This document shows positions 24,520-37,033 of a stretch of DNA of 64,000 nucleotides, one piece after another. The stretch's first letter is position 1. Every line of letters starts with the position of its first letter. The stretch is taken from contig NIVC01003232.1 in NCBI GenBank assembly GCA_002269645.1, positions 1 to 64,000 on the forward strand, read 5' to 3'. Under the pieces are notes generated by a model that saw only the letters and a program-made list of their open reading frames with translations, was not told the DNA's origin and ran no database searches. A program made the translations under genes and the position numbers. The stretch is from Macrostomum lignano (taxonomy: Eukaryota).

Positions 24520-25265
24520 GTTTCACAAGCTCGAAGCTTCATCACAAGCTCGAAACTTCATCACAAGCTCGAAACTTCATCACAAGCTCGAAACTTTACC
24601 ACAAGCTCGAAACTTCATCACAAGCTCGAAACTTCATCACAAGCTCGAAACTTCATCACAAGCTCGAAACTTCATCACAAGCTCGAAACTTCATCACAAG
24701 CTCGAAACTTCATCACAAGCTCGAAACTTCATCACAAGCTCGGAACTTCATCACAAGCTCGAAACTTCATCACAAGCTCGAAACTTCATCACAAGCTCGA
24801 AACTTCATCACAAGCTCGAAACTTCATCACAAGCTCGGAACTTCATCACAAGCTCGAAGCTTCACAAGCTCGAGGCTTTACCACAAGCTCGAAACTTCAT
24901 CACAAGCTCGAAACTTCATCACAAGCTCGAAACTTCATCACAAGCTCGAAACTTCATCACAAGCTCGGAACTTCATCACAAGCTCGGAACTTCATCACAA
25001 GCTCGAAACTTCATCACAAGCTCGAAACTTCATCACAAGCTCGAAACTTCATCACAAGCTCGAAACTTCATCACAAGCTCGAAACTTCATCACAAGCTCG
25101 AAACTTCATCACAAGCTCGAAACTTCATCACAAGCTCGAAACTTCATCACAAGCTCGGAACTTCATCACAAGCTCGAAACTTCATCACAAGCTCGAAACT
25201 TCATCACAAGCTCGAAACTTCATCACAAGCTCGAAACTTCATCACAAGCTCGAAACTTCATCACA
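24520..25265. repeat. 19-bp minisatellite (ttcatcacaagctcgaaac), ~39 units
   Basis: Tandem array; because 19 is not a multiple of 3 it produces the 322-aa pseudo-ORF 24474-25442. Confidence 0.98.
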
Positions 25266-25329
25266 ATCCAGAAAGGAAATTTGAGTAAGATTTCTGTACA
25301 ATCTCGCACCGCAGATCAGGCCATCAGTC

Positions 25330-25692
25330 ATGGGCATGGATCCATACGAAGAGCGGCTGTTGATAATTCTCCTTGGAAGCGGCGTGGGTCTGCTGGCTCT
25401 CCTAACCATGCTGTTCGTCTGCTTCCGCAAGTACCGGATTGACAATAAAAATCCGCGACATCAGAGGGCGCAGCAGCGAGCCATCGGGTTTGGATGGCAG
25501 CAGCCAGGTGCGGGCCCGATGGGGAGGCACCAGATGATTTACCAACCAACCGGGCATCAGCCAACTGGCGGCCTGGCCATGATGGAGCCGGGGATGCTGG
25601 ATCCCGGAGTCAAAGCGGCCGACTTGATCGGGTATTATCCGCACCGGTCGCTGCCTCAGCAGCCGTTGCTGGCGAATTCTGATTCCGTATAG
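25330..25692 (+). CDS. Small single-pass membrane protein (120 aa), N-terminal TM followed by a basic stop-transfer cluster and a G/P/Q-rich tail
   Basis: LLIILLGSGVGLLALLTMLFVCF followed by RKYR; GC3-biased codons; splice acceptor gcaccgcag at 25314 just upstream of the ATG. Confidence 0.75.
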   Translation: MGMDPYEERLLIILLGSGVGLLALLTMLFVCFRKYRIDNKNPRHQRAQQRAIGFGWQQPGAGPMGRHQMIYQPTGHQPTGGLAMMEPGMLDPGVKAADLIGYYPHRSLPQQPLLANSDSV

Positions 25693-27429
25693 AAGCTAAG
25701 GGAGCCAGACGTAATCGACTTCTTTAGGACGGAATGCAGCAAGCTGCTGTTTGTAGATAGGAATTTGGGTAGCATATATTACAGTTTTTGGTCATTGCAA
25801 CGTCGTCATTCGTAGCTGTCAATCCAAACAATCTGAGCAGTTTACCATGCATATTGAATCATTGGACAACTAGCGTTTATATAACATGGGATCACACTTA
25901 ACAAAGTTATCGAATTTATATTGATCAATTATTAAGGTTCTGCAGTTTGCACTTTTATTTAAAGCTTAACACCTCGTGCTTCCAATGTACTTTTCTGAAC
26001 ATGTTATTATTAGTTGTAAAACAAACGCATATGTATATTGTTCACCTTGGACGTCTTAATCAAGGACCACTGTGGTAGAGTGGTCCTTACAGTGGTCCTT
26101 GGTATTAATGTGCATTCTGCAATTTATCTCTTGCTTTGTGATGAAAAATAAATGTACAATTTGGTTGAGTGCGAGATCACTTAAATTTTATATCCAGGCA
26201 CCATAAACTACAATAATAATGCTTATAGTAGATATTAAGCTGACGCTACATACAGTGTACATCCGATCATCGATCGAGTGTATAGTACAGTAGGGTATAT
26301 TGAGTCATGCGCATGTTTGGACCGAATTTCATATGCTTTTATTTCTTTTATTTCATTTATTTTTATTTGATTTACCAAGGGACTACATATAACACTATGT
26401 TTGAGTAGTTTTGACCCTGATTTACATGAGTATATTTACTATTAACGAATTCTAGCCTTTAGATGCAAACAAAAACGTCAGAAATTAGTGCGTTAACAGC
26501 TTTACGTCTTTAAAGTTCGGTAAAACAAAAATTACTAGCTCTGTTAGTCGAATTATTGAACTAAGTTTGAGAGTTTCAAACAAAGCATTCATAAATCAGT
26601 TTGCCACGTTATAACTTTCCCTAATATAAACAAGCGCTAGATCTTTCGTTTGCTTCTACAATAGTATTTAAGTTGAAAATTGTTCCGCTTTTTTAGTTTT
26701 ATCTCGTGATCTTGAATCTTGATCCTCGCTCTAAAATTTTGCTTGTGAGTGTAAATTACCTTATAAAAATTTAGAATACAATAGGGGCGTATTTTTATGA
26801 AACTTAATACTCCAGTTTGAGTAAAAAAAATTTACAGTAAAATTGTGTTTGATCATAAAGTTGGTCATATAATGGGTATAAATGCTATGAATGTTATACA
26901 TGTATATTAGGATAAAAGATAAATCATGTTAACTTCCTTGTTTGTTTATAGAAGCACGAAAAATTACAGTACATACATTTACCAAACTCACACTGTCACT
27001 AATACTTTGTCTGATTTTTATATTTTATATTTTAGAAATAGAAATAATCTATTTCTAGATTTAGTTTGTATATATAAATATATAAATATAAATATAAATA
27101 TACAATTTGATATATTATATAGACTGATAATATAGTGTATGCTAGTATATGATTAGTATATGCTAGTCATATGGGTAGGCCTATCTAATGGAAGGTCATA
27201 AGCATGCTAGAGGTGGGTATGAGCTAACAGACTGGGGCCTAGGGGTGCACACTGGCTGACAAACCACTGTTGCACTATAGACCTCTATCATCCCCAGGCA
27301 ATTTAAAAAGCTATATCTAGTATATCCCAACATATGTGATATGCCACTATGCCAATATAGTACTATTTCTTCATTTTTAAAAGTTTCTTAAATAATTCAG
27401 CCTTGAGTTATATTTGGCCTAATTGAAAT

Positions 27430-27935
27430 CAATATTTTCAATTTTTTTTAATTTTGTAAACATAGAAGCAGCAATTTATATTGTTTGTTTTCATTAGAAA
27501 AATAGTACAATACAGTTTTAGCATAGTTTTTATTGTATTTAAGATTGGGAAAAACATGTTATATCATTCAATATTGTTATGTTATATCAATCACATTATG
27601 TAATAGTAAAATCAAAGTTTTTTTGCCTTATTGGCAGTGGAACTATACTAAGTAGGGTGTCTAGTGAACAGTGATCAGCATGTTCAAGATCATGCTATGT
27701 TGTAGCCCTGGATATTACAAGTGAAATGATACCAAACTTTTGAAAATTGATCAAGTAATAAAAATATTATTCTTATTGTCTCAAAATGGTGTTTTTCCCA
27801 ATCTCAAAATACAATAAAAACTATGCTAAAAACTATATTGTACTATTTTTCTAATGAAAACAAACAATATAATAAATTGCTGCTTCTATGTTTATAAAAT
27901 TTAAAAAAATGAAAAAAATTGATTGAAATTGAAAT
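27430..27935. mobile_element. ~140-bp inverted repeat arms around a ~230-bp spacer, inside an AT-rich DNA-transposon-like block (about 26750-29350)
   Basis: catagaagcagcaatttatattgtttgttttcattagaaaaatagtacaata pairs with tattgtactatttttctaatgaaaacaaacaatataataaattgctgcttctatg. Confidence 0.7.
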
Positions 27936-29599
27936 ATATATATTGTATATATAACAGTTTTGACACAATCAGTTTTTTTGCTCTCATTTTTGTCCACTGA
28001 TCACTTTGGGCTAGGGTGTCCAGTGTGCCTATTTTTAGCATGTGCAAAAACGAAAAGTGGTAAAAAAGTGGTCTTCTTTAAATGGCTATAACTTTAATTT
28101 TGTAAGATATAGCTATGTTCTTATATTCGTTGAAAAATAGACAAATAGATCTTTCAAATGACATATAGTTTTCATGTTGAAGCCATACAATTACAAAGAT
28201 ACAGACTGTCAAACATAATGTACATTTTTGTACATTTTCAAAACTGTGCCGAATTGCTTGAAAATATGGGGTCAGGAGAATTCATTTTTTAGTAAATGAG
28301 TGCTTAACTGCTAAGAATGCTTGCACATTGGGTGTAGGTAACTTCCTGCAGGTCATTTTAAGTGAATATTTTGTTCAAAAATATGTACATGTAAAATTTA
28401 AAATGGCCATAACTTTTGACTGGAAAGAGTGGCCACCCTAATTCTTTTTGCTACTTACTTCTAGTGACAAAATGAAATTTTTAGGCAAGACAGGATGAGT
28501 GTAACTCTTGCCACAGTATGCTTAATAGAAATTGTCAAAATGCATGCAAATCCCCATAGGGGACATAAAATCAGGAAATTTTCGAAGCTCAAAAGAATGG
28601 CCAGTTAGTTTCTTCAATAAAATGATAGCAAAACAGGCCAAACTGTAAACTGTAAAGGTAGATTAGTAACCTACAATATCTCTCTTCCATTTTTCATGAA
28701 AATTACAAGTGTGTATATAAGCAAACAAATTTATATTTAATATCTGAACTTTATAAATTACAAAATATATCCCAAAAGGATAAGTGTATTCCTAAATTTT
28801 CCTTAAAAGGTCATTCAACTTAGGCAAGTGTCTCTTGACTTAAATCTAGCCAAATTCACTCTAATATACAAAGGGCATTGCAGAATTTTTCTATACTATG
28901 TTCACTATAAATAGCAGGTTTGTTTAAATAAGTACAAAATTTACCTACATTCTCTTTCACATTTGTTTTATTAAAGCATTAAATTTCACAGCAATACCAT
29001 ACACCTAGCAAAAAGTTATCAGCATTGCAAAACTGTAACTAAGAAATTTCTAGCACAATTTCGAATTTTGCACTTTTTTGACATAGGCAAAATGGCAAAT
29101 GCTTGTATTGGTGTCAAAAAGCATTCAAGTCAAAATGTATACCAAGTTTGCAAGCTGTAATTTTTTATGCCAGAGTACACTAGGACAAGTATATAACATA
29201 AAAATATACATTGGAGAAATCTATCATGAAGGCACCTTTTTGACTGTGGGTTGATATATGATATTATAAATAAAATTTTAATGTTACTATTAACTTTATA
29301 TATTCTAAAGAGGATATAGAAGTCTAGAAAAGGGGATTAGCCCTAACATGCTCAGTTGGGTTGAGTTTTCATTGCTATTTTTAATTCTGCTATTGGACTT
29401 AAACTATCAATGATATGTAAAATTGGGCTCCAATCTTTTCATGTTTCAGCTTCCCACACCCAGTAATTTCTGTCTGCTTGGTCAGCAGCAAAGAGAACCT
29501 TCAAAGCTCCTGGTTACTGAAGCGTAGTAAAGCGATAAAAAAAGCAATCAAACAAACAAATTTTCACCCGGCGCACCCAGGCAAAATCTGGAGTCGAAG

Positions 29600-32500
29600 T
29601 TGAGCCCAGGCCGGTCCCCGCACGCTTTGGTGGCTGGCAGAGGCCCGCAGCAGCCGCCGTCTGTTTCAATCCGGCCTCGCCGTAATGACGAATCGCCAGC
29701 CGGCATCCAGCAGTCCGTAGACGATCGACGCAAACGGCTGAGCGACCAGCGCGACAAATTCTACACGGACTACGAGCAGACTCGCTCGGCCAACCCGGCC
29801 GCTGGGAAGGCGGACTTTAATAATTCGGCGTTGTCAGCCAAAGCGAAACAGCCGCCTCCAAATCGACGAACTCGCCGATCGCCGTTGGCTGATTCATCTT
29901 CGTCATCTTCGTCGGAGGACGACTCGGACGATTCGGACGACTCAGGCGAGTGCTACCTGGAGCAGCCTGAAGCTGAGCAGCAGCCGGAGGAGCCCGTCAA
30001 CGAGAGTCAGCGATCTTCGACCATATCTACTGACGACGATTCTGAGTCGGACGAGGACGAGGAGGTCGGCAGGGACCTGTACACCCAGGACTTGGACGCT
30101 GAGATTGAAACGCTGCAGATCGCTTCCATAGAAGACTTGGTAAAGTACTCTCAGGATCACGTGACCAGAGGCCAGGCGGCCCAGCGACTTCACGAAACCA
30201 AGACAAAGCAATTGGCCCAGGCCAGAGCCAAGCAACAGAAGAAAAAGAAGCAGCAGCCGCTGCCAAATCCGCCCCAGCTGAGGAGGCCGCCGCCCCAGCA
30301 GCAGAATCCAGCCGGGCTGCCAACCATAACCGAGCGCAACTCCGAGTACTACTCAGAGTCTGAGTCTTCGCTAAGTCGCAGCTCCAGCGTTGGCTCATCT
30401 TTCGGCAAATCCGACTCTCGCGTAACCGCCGCAGCCGCCGCAGTAGCCGCCGGTAAGCAGCGCAAGGTAGACAGCATTGTCGAGGAGGAGGCCACTGAGC
30501 CGGAGAAGACAGCGGACACAGTTGACAGCTCCGCATCCCCATCGGCCGCTCCGCCTGATCCCAACGATCCGGACAATCTTCGTCAACTTCTCACCCGCCA
30601 GTTAGCCGCGTCAAAAGCCGCCGCCTCCAAATACTCGCCGCTGCCGCTCGGCCCAAAGCCGTTCAGTGCGGCTGGTGCAGCTCAGCAAATCGCTCGGCCG
30701 CGTCCACCGCCTCCGCCGCCGCCTTCTAAGGCGCCCCATCCGATTGCTTACAAGAAGCCCGAACAGGAACAGCAGAAGCAGCTCGCCACCGAGGCTGTTC
30801 CGCCCTCACCAATAGAGGAGACGCCAGTTGTCACAAACGCTCAAATGCAGAGGCAAACTCCGCCGCAGACATCGCAGGCGGCAGGCGCCAACGCCGCGGC
30901 AGATGGTAGCGCCATTGAATCGAAGCGGAACCCGGGTGTGCGCGCCCTCATCGCCAGCATGGAAGACCGCGGCCGTCCAGAGAAACCGCCGCCGCCGCCG
31001 CCGAAGCCGGCTAAGAAACCCGCAACGCCGCCGCAGTTTGTTCAACCTCAGCCGCAGCCCCAGGCATCGGAGCAATCATCGGAGGACGAGGGTCCGGGCA
31101 GCTACGTCCGGGTGCCGACGCTGAGCGCTCTGCCCGGTGCCAAGTTGCAGTCGCAACCGGAGCCGAAATCGAGAGAACTTTCAACTCAAATGAACCAACG
31201 CCTGGGCCTGAACCCGCCGCTTGGTGCCAGCAGGGCCGCCTCGCAGCCGCAGCCGTTCCGACAACCGGCAGCCGAGGCATCTTCGGCAGCGGCTCCGTCG
31301 GCTAAATCGGACGAGAATCTGGCCGAAGCGGCCCGACTGGTTAGCGCTGGCAAGAAGCAGCACGCTGACGACGTTGTTCGCGAACTGATCTCCATGGACA
31401 ACACGATCGACCACGTGGACGAGGACTTGGGTCACATCGACAAAACCCTTGGCCGCATGGCCAATTCCAATCGGTTGCTGCTGTCCAACCCGGATCTGAG
31501 CAGAGAGGCAGAGCTGGACGTCGACGTTGCCGTTGGCGACATGCAGGTGCAGACGGAGGACCCGCCGACGCCGACGCCTGTTAAATCCAGAGCGGCTGCC
31601 GTTGCAGTCAAAGAGACTTCCATTGACTCGGAAGAAGAAGAGGAATCTGAAGAAGAGAGCAGCAGCTCGTCAAGCTTTGAGTCCTCATCTGACGACGATG
31701 ACGACGATGAAGGTAGAGAAGAAGAAGAAGCTTTACAGGAACCTGCTGCTCCATCGAAACCGGCTCCACCTGCAGTTTCAGTTGCCGCCACCCCGCCAAC
31801 TTCATCGTCATCCGCTACGACTGCTACTCAAAAGCCTCAACCGGCGGAGAAGGCAGCAGCCTCCGCAGCCGCTCCATCGCGACCCAGCCTAGCCGACAAG
31901 TTCAGTCGGATCAGTCAGGATAGCCTGACCCCCGATAACAGCTCCGCTGAGCAGCCGCCGTTGCCAACGCCGTCAAAGATGTCGTTGAAGGAGAAGATCA
32001 AGTCCTTTGAGGCAACGGGCAGGCAGCACCAGTACGCCACGCCAGAACCGCCCGCCCCCGAGCCGGCTGCACCTCCGCCTATGCCGAAGCCGCGCGGTCC
32101 GACTGTCGCGCCAGACGCTGCCACCAGCGTTTCGGCGCCGCCAGAGGCCACTCCCAGAGTAGCAGCCAGGAGTTCGCAGCAGCGGCCGCCAAATCAGCAG
32201 GCTCCGAGCCCGAAGCAGCAGCGGGATGAGCCAATCTACGCGAACGTGCCGCAACGGCAGTCGCCGCCGCAGCCGACGCCTCCGCCCCAGTCGCAACCGC
32301 AGCCGCCACCTCGCAGACACGATCGAAGCGGAGCTGCTGTCGAGGATGACGAAGATACCGACGGTAGCACGGCTACAGAAACGGACAGCGATACGGAGAC
32401 TGAGGAAGAGGAATCGACGGCAGTGGCAGTCGCTCCGGCGCCATCTCCCGCGCCACGCGACATGCGCCCGCCGCCGCCGCCTCCGCCGAAGCCGCGCAGT

Positions 32501-35500
32501 CGCGATCTAGACGACGAGGCCGACAGCGACGAATTTGGTCAGGCCGGCCGGGCCCAGCCGTTCGGCGGGGGAAAGTACAGCAAAAAGGTGGCCACGCTGG
32601 ATGCGTACGCGGCCTCCGCTTCTTCGCTAGCCTCGTCCACAGCGGCAGGCGGCGGTAGCGGCGCGGCCATGCAGGTGATCCGGCGCGCACGAGAGCAGGA
32701 ACGCGACGCCGAGTTCAGCCGGGCTAAACGAGCTTCTCGATCCCTCGGGCCGAAGGAGCGGCGTCGGCAGAAGACCAAATCGGCGGAGTTGGCCGACGAG
32801 CGCTACAAAGGCGTCGATCTGGAGCAGCCGAAGTCAACCCAGATGGAACTGCAGCAGCAGCAACAGCAGAAGATGTTTCAACAGCAACAACAGTTGCTGC
32901 AGCCTCGCCAACCAAGAAAGAAGTTTGCCAGCTCCGGCAACCTGCTGGAAGGAGGCGGCGAGACTGAGGACGACGAGTTCGGCTCGGGCGACACCCAGGA
33001 AGACTTCCTAGTGAGCGCTGGGGAGACCGCGGCCTACGCCCCGGTGGTGTACCCGCCAAACTCGGCGGCCAGTCAGCATCAGCGGACCCGCAGTCTGGAC
33101 CTTCTTGGCCCGGACCTGCCCGGCGGTTCCGTCTCCGCAGGCGGGCCCAGCAGCGTCGTGTCCAGCATGATGACGATGAATGTTGGCGGCAAAGACCCGG
33201 CCGAGCTGGCCTTGATGCTGGAACGGTACCTGGCTCAGAAGCGAGACGAGAAGATCAATAATATGATGCTGGCGCTGCGCAGCCAGGACCCGGCCAAGTA
33301 CGCGGCTCTGACGTCTCAATACAAGGACGAGCTGGGCATGCTCGATGCGGCACCCGGCAGGATGCGGGCCGCCTCGCACGAGGACCTGCTAGGTGCCGGG
33401 GTCGATGCTGGTCAAATCCCGCGCATGTACGCCAGCCAGCTCCGGGCCGTAGGTTCGACATCGACTCTGCTGAATAACCTGGACCCGGGCGTCACCAATG
33501 TGTATCTCGGCCCGGAGGGTACTTTGCGCGACGGTACAGCCGGATATGCGACTCTGCAGCGTCCGCTTGAGCCGGTCCGCTCCGTGTTCTGGAATCCCGG
33601 CGTGCCGGAGACGCCGCCGCCGGCGATGCGGCCGCCGCCGAAGCCGATGCCGCCCGGCCTGTCCAAGACGGTGCCGCCGGACGGTTGGAAGTCGATCGAC
33701 GATCACGTGATGGAACTGTTGGACGTGGATTGTAATACATTCGCCGAGCAGGTGAACAGCTTGTGCGGCCGCTACCAGTCTGATGTGGAGAAGTGCCGAG
33801 CAATATTCCGTTTCCTAACGGCCCGAGCCAACCAGCCGCTGTCCTACGATCCGCAAGCGCCGGTGACCACTCTGATTGGCTGCCTGCGCGCCGTTCAGAT
33901 GGGCGAAGTTTCGCCGCACGAACTCTTCAAACGGATGTGCGCTTATGCCGGCATTCACTGCGAGATCTTGCACGGCTACTCTAAAGGCGCCGGTTATAGG
34001 CCCGGGATGAATGTCAAGGACAACAGGATGTTTCGCAATACTTGGACTGCCGTCTATGTTGAGGGTGAGATTTTACATTGGGAGTTACTGCGTCAAGTTG
34101 ATGACCAGATGACTATAGTAAATGACCAAAGAAGAAAATCAGAGCAGTGCCCAACAAGGGATCAGAGTAGATAGCAGTGCCCAACAAGGGATCAGAGTAG
34201 ATAGCAGTGCCCAACAAGGGATCAGAGTAGATAGCAGTGCCCAACAAGGGATCAGAGTAGATAGCAGTGCCCAACAAGGGATCAGAGTAGATAGCAGTGC
34301 TTAACAAGGGATCAGAGTAGATAGCACTCTCTGAACGACTCACAAATAGGCCTGAAGCTTCGTGGGCTGAATAAAGCGATTGTATGACCGAGGGAAATTT
34401 TTTTGCATTTTCTACTCAAGGCTGCTGGCGCTTTGTCAACGTCGCCTGGGGCGGGCGTCGGCTTCGTCAACAGGGCGGCGAGACAACTCTTCGACTGGGC
34501 TGCGACAATTTCTACTTCTTGACAGAGCCTGACGAGCACATCTTTGAGCACTATCCGGACGAGAAGCGTTGGCAATTATTGCGCTCGCCGATTGCGCTGA
34601 GCCACTTCATGAAATTGCCGCTGCTCAAATCGCCTTTCTTTAACGCCGGGATGCGTTTAAAGAAAGGCAAATACGACGACACTTTGGTGACGCAGAACGG
34701 CCGAGTCAGCTTGAAAATCGGCCTCACTAAATTTGTTGGCGTCAGCTGCCAGCTGCAGAACCGGTCGGACATGTCCGCTATGCGGGGCAAGACGCTGGTG
34801 CGCCTCATCGGGGAAGTCCTGCACGTGCTGGCCTCGCCTGCTCAGCCGGGCACTTACTTTCTCAACGTGTTCGTCACGCCGGACTGGACGTCGAATGAGC
34901 ACGAATTAGCGGCTAGCTTTCAGGTGAGATTGTTTTGCGCCCCGACTCTGAGCGTGTGTATGAGAGCAGCCGTAAGCTTTCTACGATCGCGTCCTTCTAC
35001 TTTAGTTAGCTAGTCCATGGATCGTGCTATAGCGTTCTAACAACATGAATCTGTTGGGGGTTGTAGCCTAGTGGTTAGAGCGTCGGACTAAGGTCAGGGG
35101 TTCGATTCTCAACCCACTCGGAACAATTTGTGTCCTTGAGAAAGACACTTAACTCTGTACATTGCTTCAGTCCATCCAGCTGTAAAATGGGTGCCAGCAC
35201 TAGCTGGGGTATGTTTTTGGCGACCCCCCAGTCCTTGGACTGAACAGCCGTACGCAGCCTTCATTAAAGGTGTGCCTTTATACACGCACACCTTTAACAA
35301 CCAATTTTTGCCAGGTAAAATGCGCTGAAAACAACTTCGACCGTCTGGCTCTCGGCCGCTACCCGGAGGTCGGCTTCCTTGGCGCTACACCGGCCGCACA
35401 AAAGTACGGGGTGAGCTTTTTAACCTCGCACGGCGCCAAAACTCCGATGGATCCGTACTACGTGCACAATTCCAAAGAGGTGCTGCGCGTGCCGTTGGTG

Positions 35501-36133
35501 TTCTCGCCCGGGTTGAAAATCGCTCACCAGATGAAGTGCTACCAGCGGGCCGGCAAGAGCACCGAACAGTGCGACGACTATGCGCTGCTGCAGTGCCGCG
35601 GTAAGCAGCAGTCCGAGTACTGGATCGCCTGCCCTGCCGACGGCTACTACTTCTTCACGGTCTACGCCGCCGAGATAGCCGCAGCAGCAGGCGCCGATGG
35701 CGATGCTTCCACGGCCGAAAGTGTCGACGACGAAGCTGGCGGCGGCGAAGAGCTGGAATGCGTGTATCGACTGTTGATTGACTGCCGGCGCGGCATGGGC
35801 AAGGTGCCGCCCTATCCCAACCAGACCAGCCTGTTCAGTGGCTGCTTACTGCACGACCCGATGCAGAAACACCTGGACGTTGGCCGAAAGTACACCTTCA
35901 GATTGGAGGCCAAGCACTGCAGGGCGGTGGCTGTTGTGCTGAACGGCCAGACCTGGATAGACCTGCAGCAGGGCCGTTCGGGTAACGGGATCTGGTCCAA
36001 GAAGCTGAACGTTGGCGAAGAGCTGGGCGAGCTGTCGGTCTATGGTCAGTTCGACACCGACGAAGATGGCAAGTTTAACAAACTGTTGGACTATGACATT
36101 GTGCAGCGCCTGTCCAATGTTAGTAAGTCCTGA
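29600..36133 (+). CDS. Hillarin/KY/LTD-1 family transglutaminase-like protein; exons ~29581-34064, 34421-34923, 35315-36133; 5' exon(s) not identified
   Basis: C-terminal part has hillarin-type motifs ELFKRMCAYAGIHCEILHGYSKGAGYRPG, FRNTWTAVYVEG/CWRFVNVAWG, DNFYFLTEPDEHIFEHYPDEKRWQLL, LKLPLLKSPFF-like. Splice phases are consistent. The first ~1400 aa are Pro/Ala/Glu low-complexity. Confidence 0.88.
34140..34326. repeat. 30-bp intronic minisatellite (agcagtgcccaacaagggatcagagtagat), ~6 units
   Basis: Directly visible in the intron 34065-34420. Confidence 0.97.
35056..35270 (+). mobile_element. tRNA-derived CORE-like SINE, 3' truncated, intronic
   Basis: ggggttgtagcctagtggttagagcgtcggact...ggttcgattc head plus CORE-like body. 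Confidence 0.88.
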
Positions 36134-36185
36134 GCCTGGTGTAAACCTCTGCTTTAACATTGGCATTAATCCCTGTGCTACTCTG

Positions 36186-37033
36186 TCAATGCCAGTTGCG
36201 TACATGTGCCGGTCTTGTTAAATAGAAGCATTCCAATGTCAATGCCAGTTGCGTACATGTGCCGGTCTTGTTAAATAGAAGCATTCCAATTTGAATGCCA
36301 GTTGCGTACATGTGCCGGTCTTGTTAAATAGAAGCATTCCAATGTGAATGCCAGTTGCGTACATGTGCCGGTCTTGTTAAATAGAAGCATTCCAATGTGA
36401 ATGCCAGTTGCGCACATGTGCCGGTCTTGTTAAATAGAAGCATTCCAATGTGAATGCCAGTTGCGTACATGTGCCGGTCTTGTTAAATAGAAGCATTCCA
36501 ATGTCAATGCCAGTTGCGTACATGTGCCGGTCTTGTTAAATAGAAGCATTCCAATGTCAATGCCAGTTGCGTACATGTGCCGGTCTTGTTAAATAGAAGC
36601 ATTCCAATGTGAATGCCAGTTGCGTACATGTGCCGGTCTTGTTAAATAGAAGCATTCCAATGTGAATGCCAGTTGCGCACATGTGCCGGTCTTGTTAAAT
36701 AGAAGCATTCTAATGTGAATGCCAGTTGCGTACATGTGCCGGTCTTGTTAAATAGAAGCATTCCAATGTGAATGCCAGTTGCGTACATGTGCCGGTCTTG
36801 TTAAATAGAAGCATTCCAATGTGAATGCCAGTTGCGCACATGTGCCGGTCTTGTTAAATAGAAGCATTCCAATGTGAATGCCAGTTGCGCACATGTGCCG
36901 GTCTTGTTAAATAGAAGCATTCCAATGTCAATGCCAGTTGCGTACATGTGCCGGTCTTGTTAAATAGAAGCATTCCAATGTCAATGCCAGTTGCGTACAT
37001 GTGCCGGTCTTGTTAAATAGAAGCATTCCAATG
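36186..37033. repeat. 53-bp minisatellite, ~16 units, starting about 50 bp after the hillarin-like stop codon
   Basis: Unit aatgccagttgcgtacatgtgccggtcttgttaaatagaagcattccaatgt(c/g). Confidence 0.98.

Noticed and set aside
22132-25265. Palindromic 31-34-bp and 19-bp arrays as CRISPR-like loci
   Set aside because: Units are head-to-tail with no unique spacers, there are no cas genes, and the context is eukaryotic.
24520-25265. Hammerhead ribozyme cores in the 19-bp unit (TGATGA and GAAAC)
   Set aside because: The two half-motifs are on opposite strands and the conserved C of CUGAUGA is missing.
24474-25442. 322-aa repetitive ORF
   Set aside because: Product of a stop-free 19-bp satellite read through three frames; lies in a probable intron.
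26061-26101. 13-bp perfect inverted repeat (caaggaccactgt/acagtggtccttg)
   Set aside because: Isolated short hairpin with no TSD, second copy or other support for a function.
34065-34174. C-terminus of the 1524-aa ORF as listed in the track
   Set aside because: Read-through into an intron; the GT donor at 34065 joins in phase to 34421 and restores the conserved VYVEG-CWRF motif.
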